Source: Candidatus Omnitrophica bacterium UBA6210
GTDB lineage: Bacteria; Omnitrophota; Gorgyraeia; Velamenicoccales; Velamenicoccaceae
Length of the DNA stretch: 64,000 nucleotides
Assembly: GCA_002421805.1 (NCBI GenBank)
Contig: DISM01000006.1
Coordinates: 199,182 to 263,181, forward strand
Reading direction: 5' to 3'
The notes under the pieces are model-generated. The model was not told the origin of the DNA, ran no database searches, and saw only the letters and a list, made by a program, of their open reading frames with translations. Shown here piece after piece: positions 38,553 to 46,509 of this stretch. How positions within the stretch are numbered: the stretch's first letter is position 1; each line of letters opens with the position of its first letter. A program made the position numbers and the translations under genes.

Positions 38553-39910
38553 CACCACGGCATATCCACTTCATCGGCATCGGGGGCATCGGCGTCAGCG
38601 GGATCGCGCAACTGGCCCTTAGGCACGGACATCAGGTTTCCGGCTCGGACCTTAAATCCTCCGCGATCACCCAGAAACTCTCCCAGGCGGGCGCAAAGAT
38701 TTCCATAGGCCATGATGCGTCGCATGTCGTCGGATCCGACCTCGTTGTTTATTCCTCCGCTATCCGCCAGGAAAACCCTGAAATGCAGGAGGCCCGCCGC
38801 CTCGGCATCCCTATCAAGAAGCGCGCCGAGTTTTTGAGCGACCTGATGGCCGACAAGACGGTCGTGACGGTGACAGGGGCCCATGGAAAGACGACGACCT
38901 CTTCTTTAGCCGCGAAACTGTTGGTGACGGCGGGCCTGAAGCCGACGGTGGCTGTGGGCGGCATCCTGCGCGAGGACGGCGACAACATGAAATTCGGCGA
39001 CAGCCCTTTTTTTGTGGCCGAGGCCGATGAGAGCGACGGGACCTTTTTGTGTTACACGCCTACGTATTCGATCATCACCAATATCGACAAAGAACATCTG
39101 GATCATTACGGGACATACGAGCATTTGATCGAGGCGTTCGAAATCTTCGTGGGCCAGACGAAACCCGAGGGGTGCGTGATCTACTTTCAGGAGGATCCCG
39201 TCCTGGACATGATCGTTTCCAAAAGCGGGGTCCGGGCCGTCACATACGGTTTTTCGCCGGAGGCCGATTTTTATCCGTTAAATATCTCTTTGGCGCATTG
39301 CCGGATCTCTTTTGACTGCGCTACCGGTTCCGAGGTCCTGGGGCCTGTCGTTTTGAATTTGGCGGGTAGGCATAACATCGCCAACGCCCTGGCCATCGTG
39401 GCACTGGGACGACGGCTGGGCCTGGATTTTAAGGTCATCCAAAAGGCCCTGGAAGAGTTCAAGGGCGTCGAACGCCGTTTTCAGATCAAATATGAGACTG
39501 CGGAACTTTCCGTCGTGGATGATTATGCCCATCATCCGACGGAGATCGCCGCGACGATCGAGGCCGCGAGGTTGTGCGCGCGCAAGCGCGTGATCGTCGT
39601 TTTCCAGCCGCATCGCTTCAGCCGCACCAAGCTCCTTTTGGACATGTTCCCGAAGAGCTTTGAAAAGAGCGATTATCTGGTGGTGACGGATATTTATGGC
39701 GCCGGCGAGGATCCGCTGGAAGGTGTTTCGGCTCAAGGGCTGGCCGACCGCGTCAGGAGCGCGACGCGCCTGTCTGTTGATTATGTGGGGAAAGATAAAC
39801 TCATCGAGCATCTTAAGGGGCGTGTCCAGAAGGACGATCTCGTGCTTTTTCTGGGGGCGGGCGATATCACCAGGTTGAGCGATGAATTTGCCAAAAGCCT
39901 TCAAAAATAA
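38549..39910 (+). CDS. murC: UDP-N-acetylmuramate--L-alanine ligase
   Basis: IHFIGIGGIGVSGIA and GAHGKTTT motifs. Confidence 0.95.
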   Translation: MTPRHIHFIGIGGIGVSGIAQLALRHGHQVSGSDLKSSAITQKLSQAGAKISIGHDASHVVGSDLVVYSSAIRQENPEMQEARRLGIPIKKRAEFLSDLMADKTVVTVTGAHGKTTTSSLAAKLLVTAGLKPTVAVGGILREDGDNMKFGDSPFFVAEADESDGTFLCYTPTYSIITNIDKEHLDHYGTYEHLIEAFEIFVGQTKPEGCVIYFQEDPVLDMIVSKSGVRAVTYGFSPEADFYPLNISLAHCRISFDCATGSEVLGPVVLNLAGRHNIANALAIVALGRRLGLDFKVIQKALEEFKGVERRFQIKYETAELSVVDDYAHHPTEIAATIEAARLCARKRVIVVFQPHRFSRTKLLLDMFPKSFEKSDYLVVTDIYGAGEDPLEGVSAQGLADRVRSATRLSVDYVGKDKLIEHLKGRVQKDDLVLFLGAGDITRLSDEFAKSLQK

Positions 39911-40787
39911 GGTCAAGAAGGGCGAGTTCCTGCGGCGTCATACGACGTTCGGTATCGGCGGGGAGGCCCTGGGGTGGTATGAACCCCTCGACAGCCGGGA
40001 GCTCTCGGGTTTTTTAAAGCGCTTGCCGAAAGGTACGGATGTCTTTGCCATCGGCGCCGGCAGTAACCTGCTTGTCAGGGACGGCCGCATCAGCAAGATT
40101 TTCATACGTTTTTCTAAGCCCTTTTTCCGCAAGATTGATATTTCCGGCGTGCGTGTGAGGGCGGGGGCGGGAGTTTCCTTGGGGGCATTGGCCAGGGCGC
40201 TGGTTGATCAAGGGCTGACGGGGCATGAATTTTTGTCGGGCATCCCGGGAACTCTCGGAGGGGCGGTGGCGATGAACGCGGGCGCCAGGACTGTGTTCGA
40301 CGATTCCGGAACATATCGCGAGATCAAGGATATCGTGGAGGACGTGGAGGTCATGGACCGCCGCGGCCGGGTGAGGATACTTGGGAAAGACAAAATAAAG
40401 TTTTCTTACCGGCATTCTTCGCTGGGGCCGTTGTTCATCCTGGCGGCGTCTTTGAAACTTCGGCGCGGCTCCGTAGCCCAGGGCCGGAAAATGATCGCGC
40501 GGATCCAAAGGGAGAGACGGACGCGCCAGGAGTTGTCTTATCCAAGCGCCGGGAGCTTTTTCAGGAACCCCCGAGGAGGCGATTCCGCCGGACGCCTGAT
40601 CGATCTCTGCGGGCTCAAGGGCGCCCGCGTCGGATGCGCCTGCGTCAGTTCCAAGCACGCGAATTTTATCCTGAATAAGGGCGGGGCGACATGCGACGAT
40701 GTCATGAAGCTCATGGAAATTATCCGTAAAACCGTGTATAATCGTTACAAAATTCGTTTACATCCCGAGGTGAAGATTGTCGGTTAA
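39882..40787 (+). CDS. murB: UDP-N-acetylenolpyruvoylglucosamine reductase
   Basis: FAD-binding domain (GAGSNLLV) and a C-terminal SAGSFFRNP motif. Confidence 0.9.
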   Translation: MNLPKAFKNKVKKGEFLRRHTTFGIGGEALGWYEPLDSRELSGFLKRLPKGTDVFAIGAGSNLLVRDGRISKIFIRFSKPFFRKIDISGVRVRAGAGVSLGALARALVDQGLTGHEFLSGIPGTLGGAVAMNAGARTVFDDSGTYREIKDIVEDVEVMDRRGRVRILGKDKIKFSYRHSSLGPLFILAASLKLRRGSVAQGRKMIARIQRERRTRQELSYPSAGSFFRNPRGGDSAGRLIDLCGLKGARVGCACVSSKHANFILNKGGATCDDVMKLMEIIRKTVYNRYKIRLHPEVKIVG

Positions 40788-41730
40788 TGCAGGACGTATC
40801 GGAGTCATGATGGGGGGGTGTTCTTCCGAGAGGGAGATATCCCTGAAGTCCGGCCGTGCCGTTGTCGGCGCGCTGCAGGAAGGCGGGTTTGACGTCATCG
40901 CTTTGGATGTGACGAGCGAGACGCAGGAGGAGGTCCGCAGGCTGATCCGCGAGAACATGGTGGATGTTGTTTTTGTCGCCATGCACGGCGGGTTCGGCGA
41001 GGACGGCCGTCTCCAGGATATCCTTGAAAAGATCCCCGTCCGTTATACCGGACCCGGCACGCGGGCCAGCCGCATGGCGATGGACAAGATTGTTTCCCGC
41101 CGCTGCTTCGCTCAGGCGGGTTTGCATGTGCCCCGTTCTGTTGTCGCAAAGAAAGGCCGGAGATATCCATTCATGACGAGGTGGCTCCGGGCCCCATTTG
41201 TGGTCAAGCCTTCGGCTCAGGGTTCAAGTATCGGCATCAGCTTTGTTGCCGACCGCAGGGACCTGCCTCGCGCGATCACCGAAGCGCACCGTTACGGCGA
41301 GGACGTCCTTGTCGAAGAATTTATCCGCGGCCGCGAACTGACGGTGGCCATCGTGAATGACCGGCCCCTTCCGGTTGTGGAGATCAGACCCAAAAGAGGT
41401 TTTTTTGATTTTGAGGCCAAGTATCACAAGGGGTTGACGGATTATATTGTCCCGGCCCCTCTGGATTCAAGCTTGGCTGCGCGCATCCAGGCTGATGCGC
41501 TTAAGGCGTATCGGGTCCTCGGATGCCGGCACCTTTCCCGCGTGGATGTGATCCTGAAAGACGAGAAGACCCCTTATATCCTTGAGGTCAATACGATTCC
41601 CGGCATGACGGAAACGAGCCTTTTGCCTAAGGCGGCGGCGGCCGCGGGAATGAACTTTGTCCAATTGTGCCGTTCTCTTGTCGAGATGGCCTGTGCGCAA
41701 GCGTTTGAACCGGCAACAGTGTCCTGTTGA
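40777..41730 (+). CDS. ddl: D-alanine--D-alanine ligase
   Basis: GG.S.EREISLKSG N-terminus, ATP-grasp fold, and a C-terminal LEVNTIPGMT motif. Probable TTG start. Confidence 0.93.
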   Translation: MSVNAGRIGVMMGGCSSEREISLKSGRAVVGALQEGGFDVIALDVTSETQEEVRRLIRENMVDVVFVAMHGGFGEDGRLQDILEKIPVRYTGPGTRASRMAMDKIVSRRCFAQAGLHVPRSVVAKKGRRYPFMTRWLRAPFVVKPSAQGSSIGISFVADRRDLPRAITEAHRYGEDVLVEEFIRGRELTVAIVNDRPLPVVEIRPKRGFFDFEAKYHKGLTDYIVPAPLDSSLAARIQADALKAYRVLGCRHLSRVDVILKDEKTPYILEVNTIPGMTETSLLPKAAAAAGMNFVQLCRSLVEMACAQAFEPATVSC

Positions 41731-41737
41731 TCGACCT

Positions 41738-42538
41738 ATGGCGAAGAAAAAAAAGAACAACAGCAACGGCTGGTCGTTTTTCCTTCTGGTGGTCCTGCCT
41801 TTGGCGGCGATCGTCCTTTCCAGCTGGGCGATCGTCAAGGGTATCCAGAATTACGTCACCACATCCCATTATTTCAAGATCCGTGAATTGCGCGCCGAAG
41901 GGATCAGTGATCAACGGTACCTGGAGATGATCAAGAACGATGTCGTCGGCGTCAATATTTTTCGCTTGGATGCGGTCGATCTGGCGGCCAGGACACGCAG
42001 GCGTTTTCCCAACTTTTATTCCGTGAGCGTCCGCCGCATCCTGCCGTCACAGCTTCTGATCGTCGCCAAGGAGCGCCTGCCTGTTGTCTGGATCAAGAGG
42101 GACGTCTATTATCTGATGGATGCCAACGGTGTTGTCGTCGGAACAGCGGGTTTGGATGAGACACCGACCCTGCCGCTTTTGGCCGGCATGGAGGGCAAGC
42201 TGACCAGGCTTAAAACGGGCGCGTCTTATTCTTCGGCGGCCCTGCACAGGGCCCTGGTTTTAGCCAAGATCCTGAAAGCGCGCGCCGGAGATATCCGCGA
42301 GGCCGTCCCCGGTATGCCCATGTCCGTGATACGGCTGGATGCGACAGACCCGGATGAATTGTCTTTTTATCTCGGCCCGGATATCGAGGTGAAGGCCGGC
42401 GACAGGAACTTTGACAGCCGCATTTCGCTGTTGCCGGCGATCTTGAGGACGATCTCAAGCGATATGGGGCGTATCAAATATATCGACCTGCGTCCCAAGG
42501 AACCTGTGGTAGCCACGAAGGACACCCCCAAACGATAG
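41738..42538 (+). CDS. ftsQ: cell division protein FtsQ
   Basis: Basic N-terminus, one TM, then a POTRA-like region. It occupies the canonical position between ddl and ftsA. Confidence 0.75.
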   Translation: MAKKKKNNSNGWSFFLLVVLPLAAIVLSSWAIVKGIQNYVTTSHYFKIRELRAEGISDQRYLEMIKNDVVGVNIFRLDAVDLAARTRRRFPNFYSVSVRRILPSQLLIVAKERLPVVWIKRDVYYLMDANGVVVGTAGLDETPTLPLLAGMEGKLTRLKTGASYSSAALHRALVLAKILKARAGDIREAVPGMPMSVIRLDATDPDELSFYLGPDIEVKAGDRNFDSRISLLPAILRTISSDMGRIKYIDLRPKEPVVATKDTPKR

Positions 42539-42545
42539 GCATCTC

Positions 42546-43805
42546 ATGACACTTTTGAAGAAAGACAAAAAGAAGACGGAACGTAACGTATTTTATGCCC
42601 TCGACATCGGCTCGCAGAAGATGACGCTCGGCAGCGCGTGTGTCGCCGGCGACCACGAACACCTGGAAGACGTTGTCCTGGAGAGCATGCCGGTCCGGGG
42701 GATCTTTAAGGGGGTCGTCAATGACCTGGCGCTTCTTTCGGACAGCATCCGTCAGGTCGCAAAGCGCATGGAAACCCGCCGGGGACACAAGATCTCGCGC
42801 CTGGCTGTCAGTATCAATGGGAATTATATCCAGGCGAGGCACAGCATAGCGGCTGTCGCCTTGGCGGAGCGGGGCACGCGCACCATCACCAAACGGGACG
42901 TGGATCGCCTCAACCAGCAGACGCGCACGCTGGGGCTCGAACTCGATGAACACCTTTTGCACGAGTATCCTCAAGGGTATTCCGTCGACCGGCATAACAT
43001 GACGCTCAATCCCCTCGGGCTTCACGGCCGCAAGCTTCAGGAAGATTTATTGCTGGTCTGCTCGCCGGCATCTTACGTGGAGAATATTGTCCGTGCCGTC
43101 GAACATGCCGGCTGCGACGTTACGTCGGTCGCTTATTCCGGGATCGCGGCCGCGCAGGCCGTTCTTTCTGCGGACGAGAGGGACAAAGGGGCGGTTCTCG
43201 TGGACGTAGGAGAGACGCTGACGGGCGTGGTGATCACCCAGGAAGGGGTCGTGCGGCATCTGTGCATTCTGTCATTCGGCGGCAAGAACATTACGGAGAT
43301 CGTCGCGAATTTCTGCCGCGTTCCTCTGGCGTCTGCGGACGAGATCAAAAGGACATCTCTGGAGTTGACGGCAGAAGGCGAGGAATCCGAAGAGGTCATG
43401 ATCAAGTCCGATGATGCATACCATTCCGTCAAAAAGGCGGATCTGGCCGGCGCCATTTCGCCTGAGATCGATAAATTCCTCGAACTCCTCAAGAAAGCGA
43501 TCTTTGACAGCGGCATCGAGAATGTTTCTTCTTTCGGCGTTGTCGTGGTGGGTGGCTTGAGCCTTTTGGAGGGGTTGCTGGAAAGAATGGAACGGACACT
43601 GGGGCTTTCGGTAAGACTGGGCCTTCCCAGGGAGGCGGGCCAGCTTGCTCTTTCTCATGCGCCTTTACATGCTTCAGCCATAGGGTTGCTGGAGATGCAA
43701 CTTCAGGATTACTGCAATTCCCGTTTTTTCCTCCAGGCCCGGCAAAAGGGGCCCTGGCGCAAGCTTTCCGATTATCTCGCCGACCTCTACCACGATTATT
43801 TTTAA
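42546..43805 (+). CDS. ftsA: cell division protein FtsA
   Basis: Actin-fold ATPase (ALDIGSQK...VDVGETLTGV...VVVGGLS). Confidence 0.92.
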   Translation: MTLLKKDKKKTERNVFYALDIGSQKMTLGSACVAGDHEHLEDVVLESMPVRGIFKGVVNDLALLSDSIRQVAKRMETRRGHKISRLAVSINGNYIQARHSIAAVALAERGTRTITKRDVDRLNQQTRTLGLELDEHLLHEYPQGYSVDRHNMTLNPLGLHGRKLQEDLLLVCSPASYVENIVRAVEHAGCDVTSVAYSGIAAAQAVLSADERDKGAVLVDVGETLTGVVITQEGVVRHLCILSFGGKNITEIVANFCRVPLASADEIKRTSLELTAEGEESEEVMIKSDDAYHSVKKADLAGAISPEIDKFLELLKKAIFDSGIENVSSFGVVVVGGLSLLEGLLERMERTLGLSVRLGLPREAGQLALSHAPLHASAIGLLEMQLQDYCNSRFFLQARQKGPWRKLSDYLADLYHDYF

Positions 43806-43819
43806 TGAGGGCATGACTT
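43799..43819. repeat. 21-nt exact repeat, copy 1 (the inverted copy is at 49331-49351)
   Basis: tttttaatgagggcatgactt overlaps the ftsA stop. Its reverse complement occurs exactly at 49331-49351, after the ileS stop. Confidence 0.85.
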
Positions 43820-44038
43820 AGCGAGCCGATGGCCGTAGGCGGCGAAGCTGAGTCATAAGCCCGATTAATCCGCCGATGCACTGGTGGCGGATGGATCAGG
43901 GCATGGTGTTCAGGAAGTTGCCGCAAAGCGCCTGGCGCCGCAAGTCCTCTGCAGTGTCCTCATTGACACTCCGCCGGATTTGTGTTACTTTACCCCGTTG
44001 GATGTAAAGGTTGTCGAGCGTGAGAATTTTTGAAGACG

Positions 44039-44749
44039 ATGGTCCGCGAGAACGTGCTTGAGGTTCGGGGAATGATGGCTCGGGCTGCGCAGCGCGCAGC
44101 AACGGATCCTTCTGAAATCGCCCTTGTTGCGGTGACCAAGAATGTGGCCGCAGAAAAGATGTGCCAGGCCATCGATGCCGGCATCACACATATCGGCGAA
44201 AGCAGGATCCAGGAAGCCTTGCCGAAATACGAACAGGTCCGGGCATACGCTTGTGCGAAAGGCATCGCCTTGAGCTGGCATATGATCGGCCATTTGCAGA
44301 CCAATAAGGTTCGGGAAGCCGTTCGTCTCTTTGATCTTATTCATTCCGTGGACAGCGTCCGCCTGGCCCGGCGGATCGATAAAGAGGCCGCCGCTATCGG
44401 CAAGGTCCAGGATGTTCTCGTCGAGGTCAAGACATCTCCCGAGGCCGCGAAGTATGGATTTATGCCGGATGACGTTGCCGGCGCTTTAAAAGAAATGGCG
44501 TCGTTGGACCATCTGTCCATCAAGGGGTTGATGACCGTGGCGCCGGCCGCGCATGACCCCCGGGAGGCGCGTCCTTATTTCAGGACACTGAAGGAATTGT
44601 TGATCAGGATTAACGAATTACGAGTTACGCATGACGAGTTACGAGTATTATCCATGGGCATGACGGATGATTTTGAAGTTGCCGTGGAGGAGGGGGCGAC
44701 CGCCGTGCGCATCGGCCGCGGGATCTTTGGCGACAGGAAAGAAGCATGA
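44039..44749 (+). CDS. yggS: PLP-binding homeostasis protein YggS/YlmE family
   Basis: LVAVTK (PLP Lys), HMIGHLQTNK and LSMGMTDDFEVAVEEGAT..RIG motifs. Confidence 0.88.
   Translation: MVRENVLEVRGMMARAAQRAATDPSEIALVAVTKNVAAEKMCQAIDAGITHIGESRIQEALPKYEQVRAYACAKGIALSWHMIGHLQTNKVREAVRLFDLIHSVDSVRLARRIDKEAAAIGKVQDVLVEVKTSPEAAKYGFMPDDVAGALKEMASLDHLSIKGLMTVAPAAHDPREARPYFRTLKELLIRINELRVTHDELRVLSMGMTDDFEVAVEEGATAVRIGRGIFGDRKEA
44618..44645. repeat. heptamer-phased TTACGAG tract inside the yggS coding sequence
   Basis: TTACG/TGACG at 44618, 44625, 44632 and 44639, encoding ELRVTHDELRV. The 13-mer aattacgagttac is the reverse complement of 46466-46478. Confidence 0.6.
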
Positions 44750-45573
44750 GCAATAATCCGATCATAGGGATCATCGGCTGCGGGAACATGGGTTCGGCCC
44801 TGACGGAAAATCTTGTGAAGTCATGGAGGGCCGATTCCATCTTCGTTTTTGATAAGGAACCCCAGAAACAGAGCGCCCTCGTGAGGCATTTTGGTGTCCG
44901 TGGCGTTCCAGCGCTTGATGAGTTGGCAGATTCCAGCGACGTGATCATCATCGCGGTCAAACCGCAGGATATCGATGCGGTCCTTGGGGTCTTAAAGGGC
45001 CGCAGGGACAAGCTGGTCATTTCTATCGCCGCCGGCATGACGCTTCAATACGTGTCATCACGAATAGGCGCCCGGGTGCCTGCGGTGCGCGTCATGCCTA
45101 ATCTGAATGCCGTTGTCGGCGCCAGCATGACGGCGATTTCCTGCAGCAGCGCCGTGACGGAACCTCAGAAGGAAACGGCCGCCAGGGTCTTTGAGTCTGT
45201 CGGCAGCGTTGTTTTCATCAGGGAAGAGCTGATGAATGCCTTTACAGCGGTTGCGGGCAGCGGCCCAGCGTTCATTGCCTATCTGATGGATGATATGCCG
45301 CCGGAGACGGTCAGAAAAATTTTTGTGGAGGAATCCCTGGCGTTTGGCTTTGATCCGGCCGCCGCGGAATTCATCGTGGACAAGACGATCGCAGGCACGC
45401 AAAAGATATTAAAGAATTTTGACCGGGATATCTTTATCAAGAGGGTCTGTTCCAAGGGGGGGACGACGGAGGCGGGCATGGAGGCATTTCAATCCCGGCA
45501 CAAGACCCCTGAAGGGCTCTCGGAGGCGATCCGCGCGGCCTGCCGCCGGGCGGGTGAATTGGCAATCATATAG
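44746..45573 (+). CDS. proC: pyrroline-5-carboxylate reductase
   Basis: IGIIGCGNMG Rossmann segment and a C-terminal SKGGTTEAG motif. Confidence 0.92.
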   Translation: MSNNPIIGIIGCGNMGSALTENLVKSWRADSIFVFDKEPQKQSALVRHFGVRGVPALDELADSSDVIIIAVKPQDIDAVLGVLKGRRDKLVISIAAGMTLQYVSSRIGARVPAVRVMPNLNAVVGASMTAISCSSAVTEPQKETAARVFESVGSVVFIREELMNAFTAVAGSGPAFIAYLMDDMPPETVRKIFVEESLAFGFDPAAAEFIVDKTIAGTQKILKNFDRDIFIKRVCSKGGTTEAGMEAFQSRHKTPEGLSEAIRAACRRAGELAII

Positions 45574-45595
45574 ACGGGCTTAAACAGGGGGAGAT

Positions 45596-46459
45596 ATGCC
45601 CAAAATCGGCATCATTGGCGGCAGTGGCATATATAAAATCGAGGGCATGAAGGCGATGAAGGAGGTCCGGGTCAAGACGCCTTTCGGCGATCCGTCCGAC
45701 TGTTACAGGACGGGGCAACTGGGCGGCGCGGATGTCGTTTTTTTGCCGAGGCACGGCTCCTCGCATACGATCAATCCGTCGGAGATCAACTACAGGGCCA
45801 ACGTTTTCGGCATGAAGAAGCTGGGTGTCGAAAAACTGATCTCGGTTTCCGCCTGCGGTTCTCTGAAGAAAGACCTCAAGCCTCTGGATTTCGTCCTTCC
45901 CGATCAGTTCGTGGACAGGACCACTGGCGGCCGCCTCATGACGTTCTTCAGCGGCGGCATCGTCGCCCACGTGGGTTTCGGACAGCCCGTCTGTTCAGAA
46001 CTTCTGGATTTGATCTATGGGGCCGCGCAGGCGTTAAAGCTCAATGTCCACAAGGGCGGGGCATACCTTAATATGGAAGGCCCGGCGTTCTCAACGAAGG
46101 CAGAGTCCAATCTTTACCGTACCTGGGGCATGGACATTATCGGCATGACAAATATGGCCGAGGCACGGCTGGCGCGGGAGGCTGAGATGTGTTATGCCAC
46201 GATCGCGGCCGTTACGGATTATGACTGTTGGTATGAATCGGAAGAGTCGGTGACCGTGGACATGATCGTTGAGAACCTTAGGAAGAACGCCGAGAACTCC
46301 AAGAAACTCGTTATGGAAGTTGTGGGCAGACTGGGATCTGCTCCGTCTTCCTGCGCATGTTCCGAATCTTTAAAATACGCGATCGTCACGGACAGTAAGG
46401 CGATCTCCGCAAAAGTTAAGAAAGACCTGAAACCCATCCTAGGGAAGTATGTGGGTTAG
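45596..46459 (+). CDS. mtnP: S-methyl-5'-thioadenosine phosphorylase
   Basis: IGIIGGSG...FLPRHG..H...PSE.NYRAN... PNP/MTAP family signature. Confidence 0.9.
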   Translation: MPKIGIIGGSGIYKIEGMKAMKEVRVKTPFGDPSDCYRTGQLGGADVVFLPRHGSSHTINPSEINYRANVFGMKKLGVEKLISVSACGSLKKDLKPLDFVLPDQFVDRTTGGRLMTFFSGGIVAHVGFGQPVCSELLDLIYGAAQALKLNVHKGGAYLNMEGPAFSTKAESNLYRTWGMDIIGMTNMAEARLAREAEMCYATIAAVTDYDCWYESEESVTVDMIVENLRKNAENSKKLVMEVVGRLGSAPSSCACSESLKYAIVTDSKAISAKVKKDLKPILGKYVG

Positions 46460-46464
46460 GAACT

Positions 46465-46506
46465 AGTAACTCGTAATTTGTAATTAGTAATTCGTAACCC
46501 GTAACT
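46465..46506. repeat. six heptamer repeats NGTAAYY filling the mtnP-ileS spacer
   Basis: GTAA at 46466, 46473, 46480, 46487, 46494 and 46501, in exact 7-nt phase. Confidence 0.8.
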
Positions 46507-46509
46507 ATT

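Noticed and set aside
46465-46506. Whether the short phased repeat tracts could be CRISPR arrays
   Set aside because: The units are 7-8 nt, contiguous and degenerate. There are no unique spacers, no 25-40-nt repeats and no cas genes.
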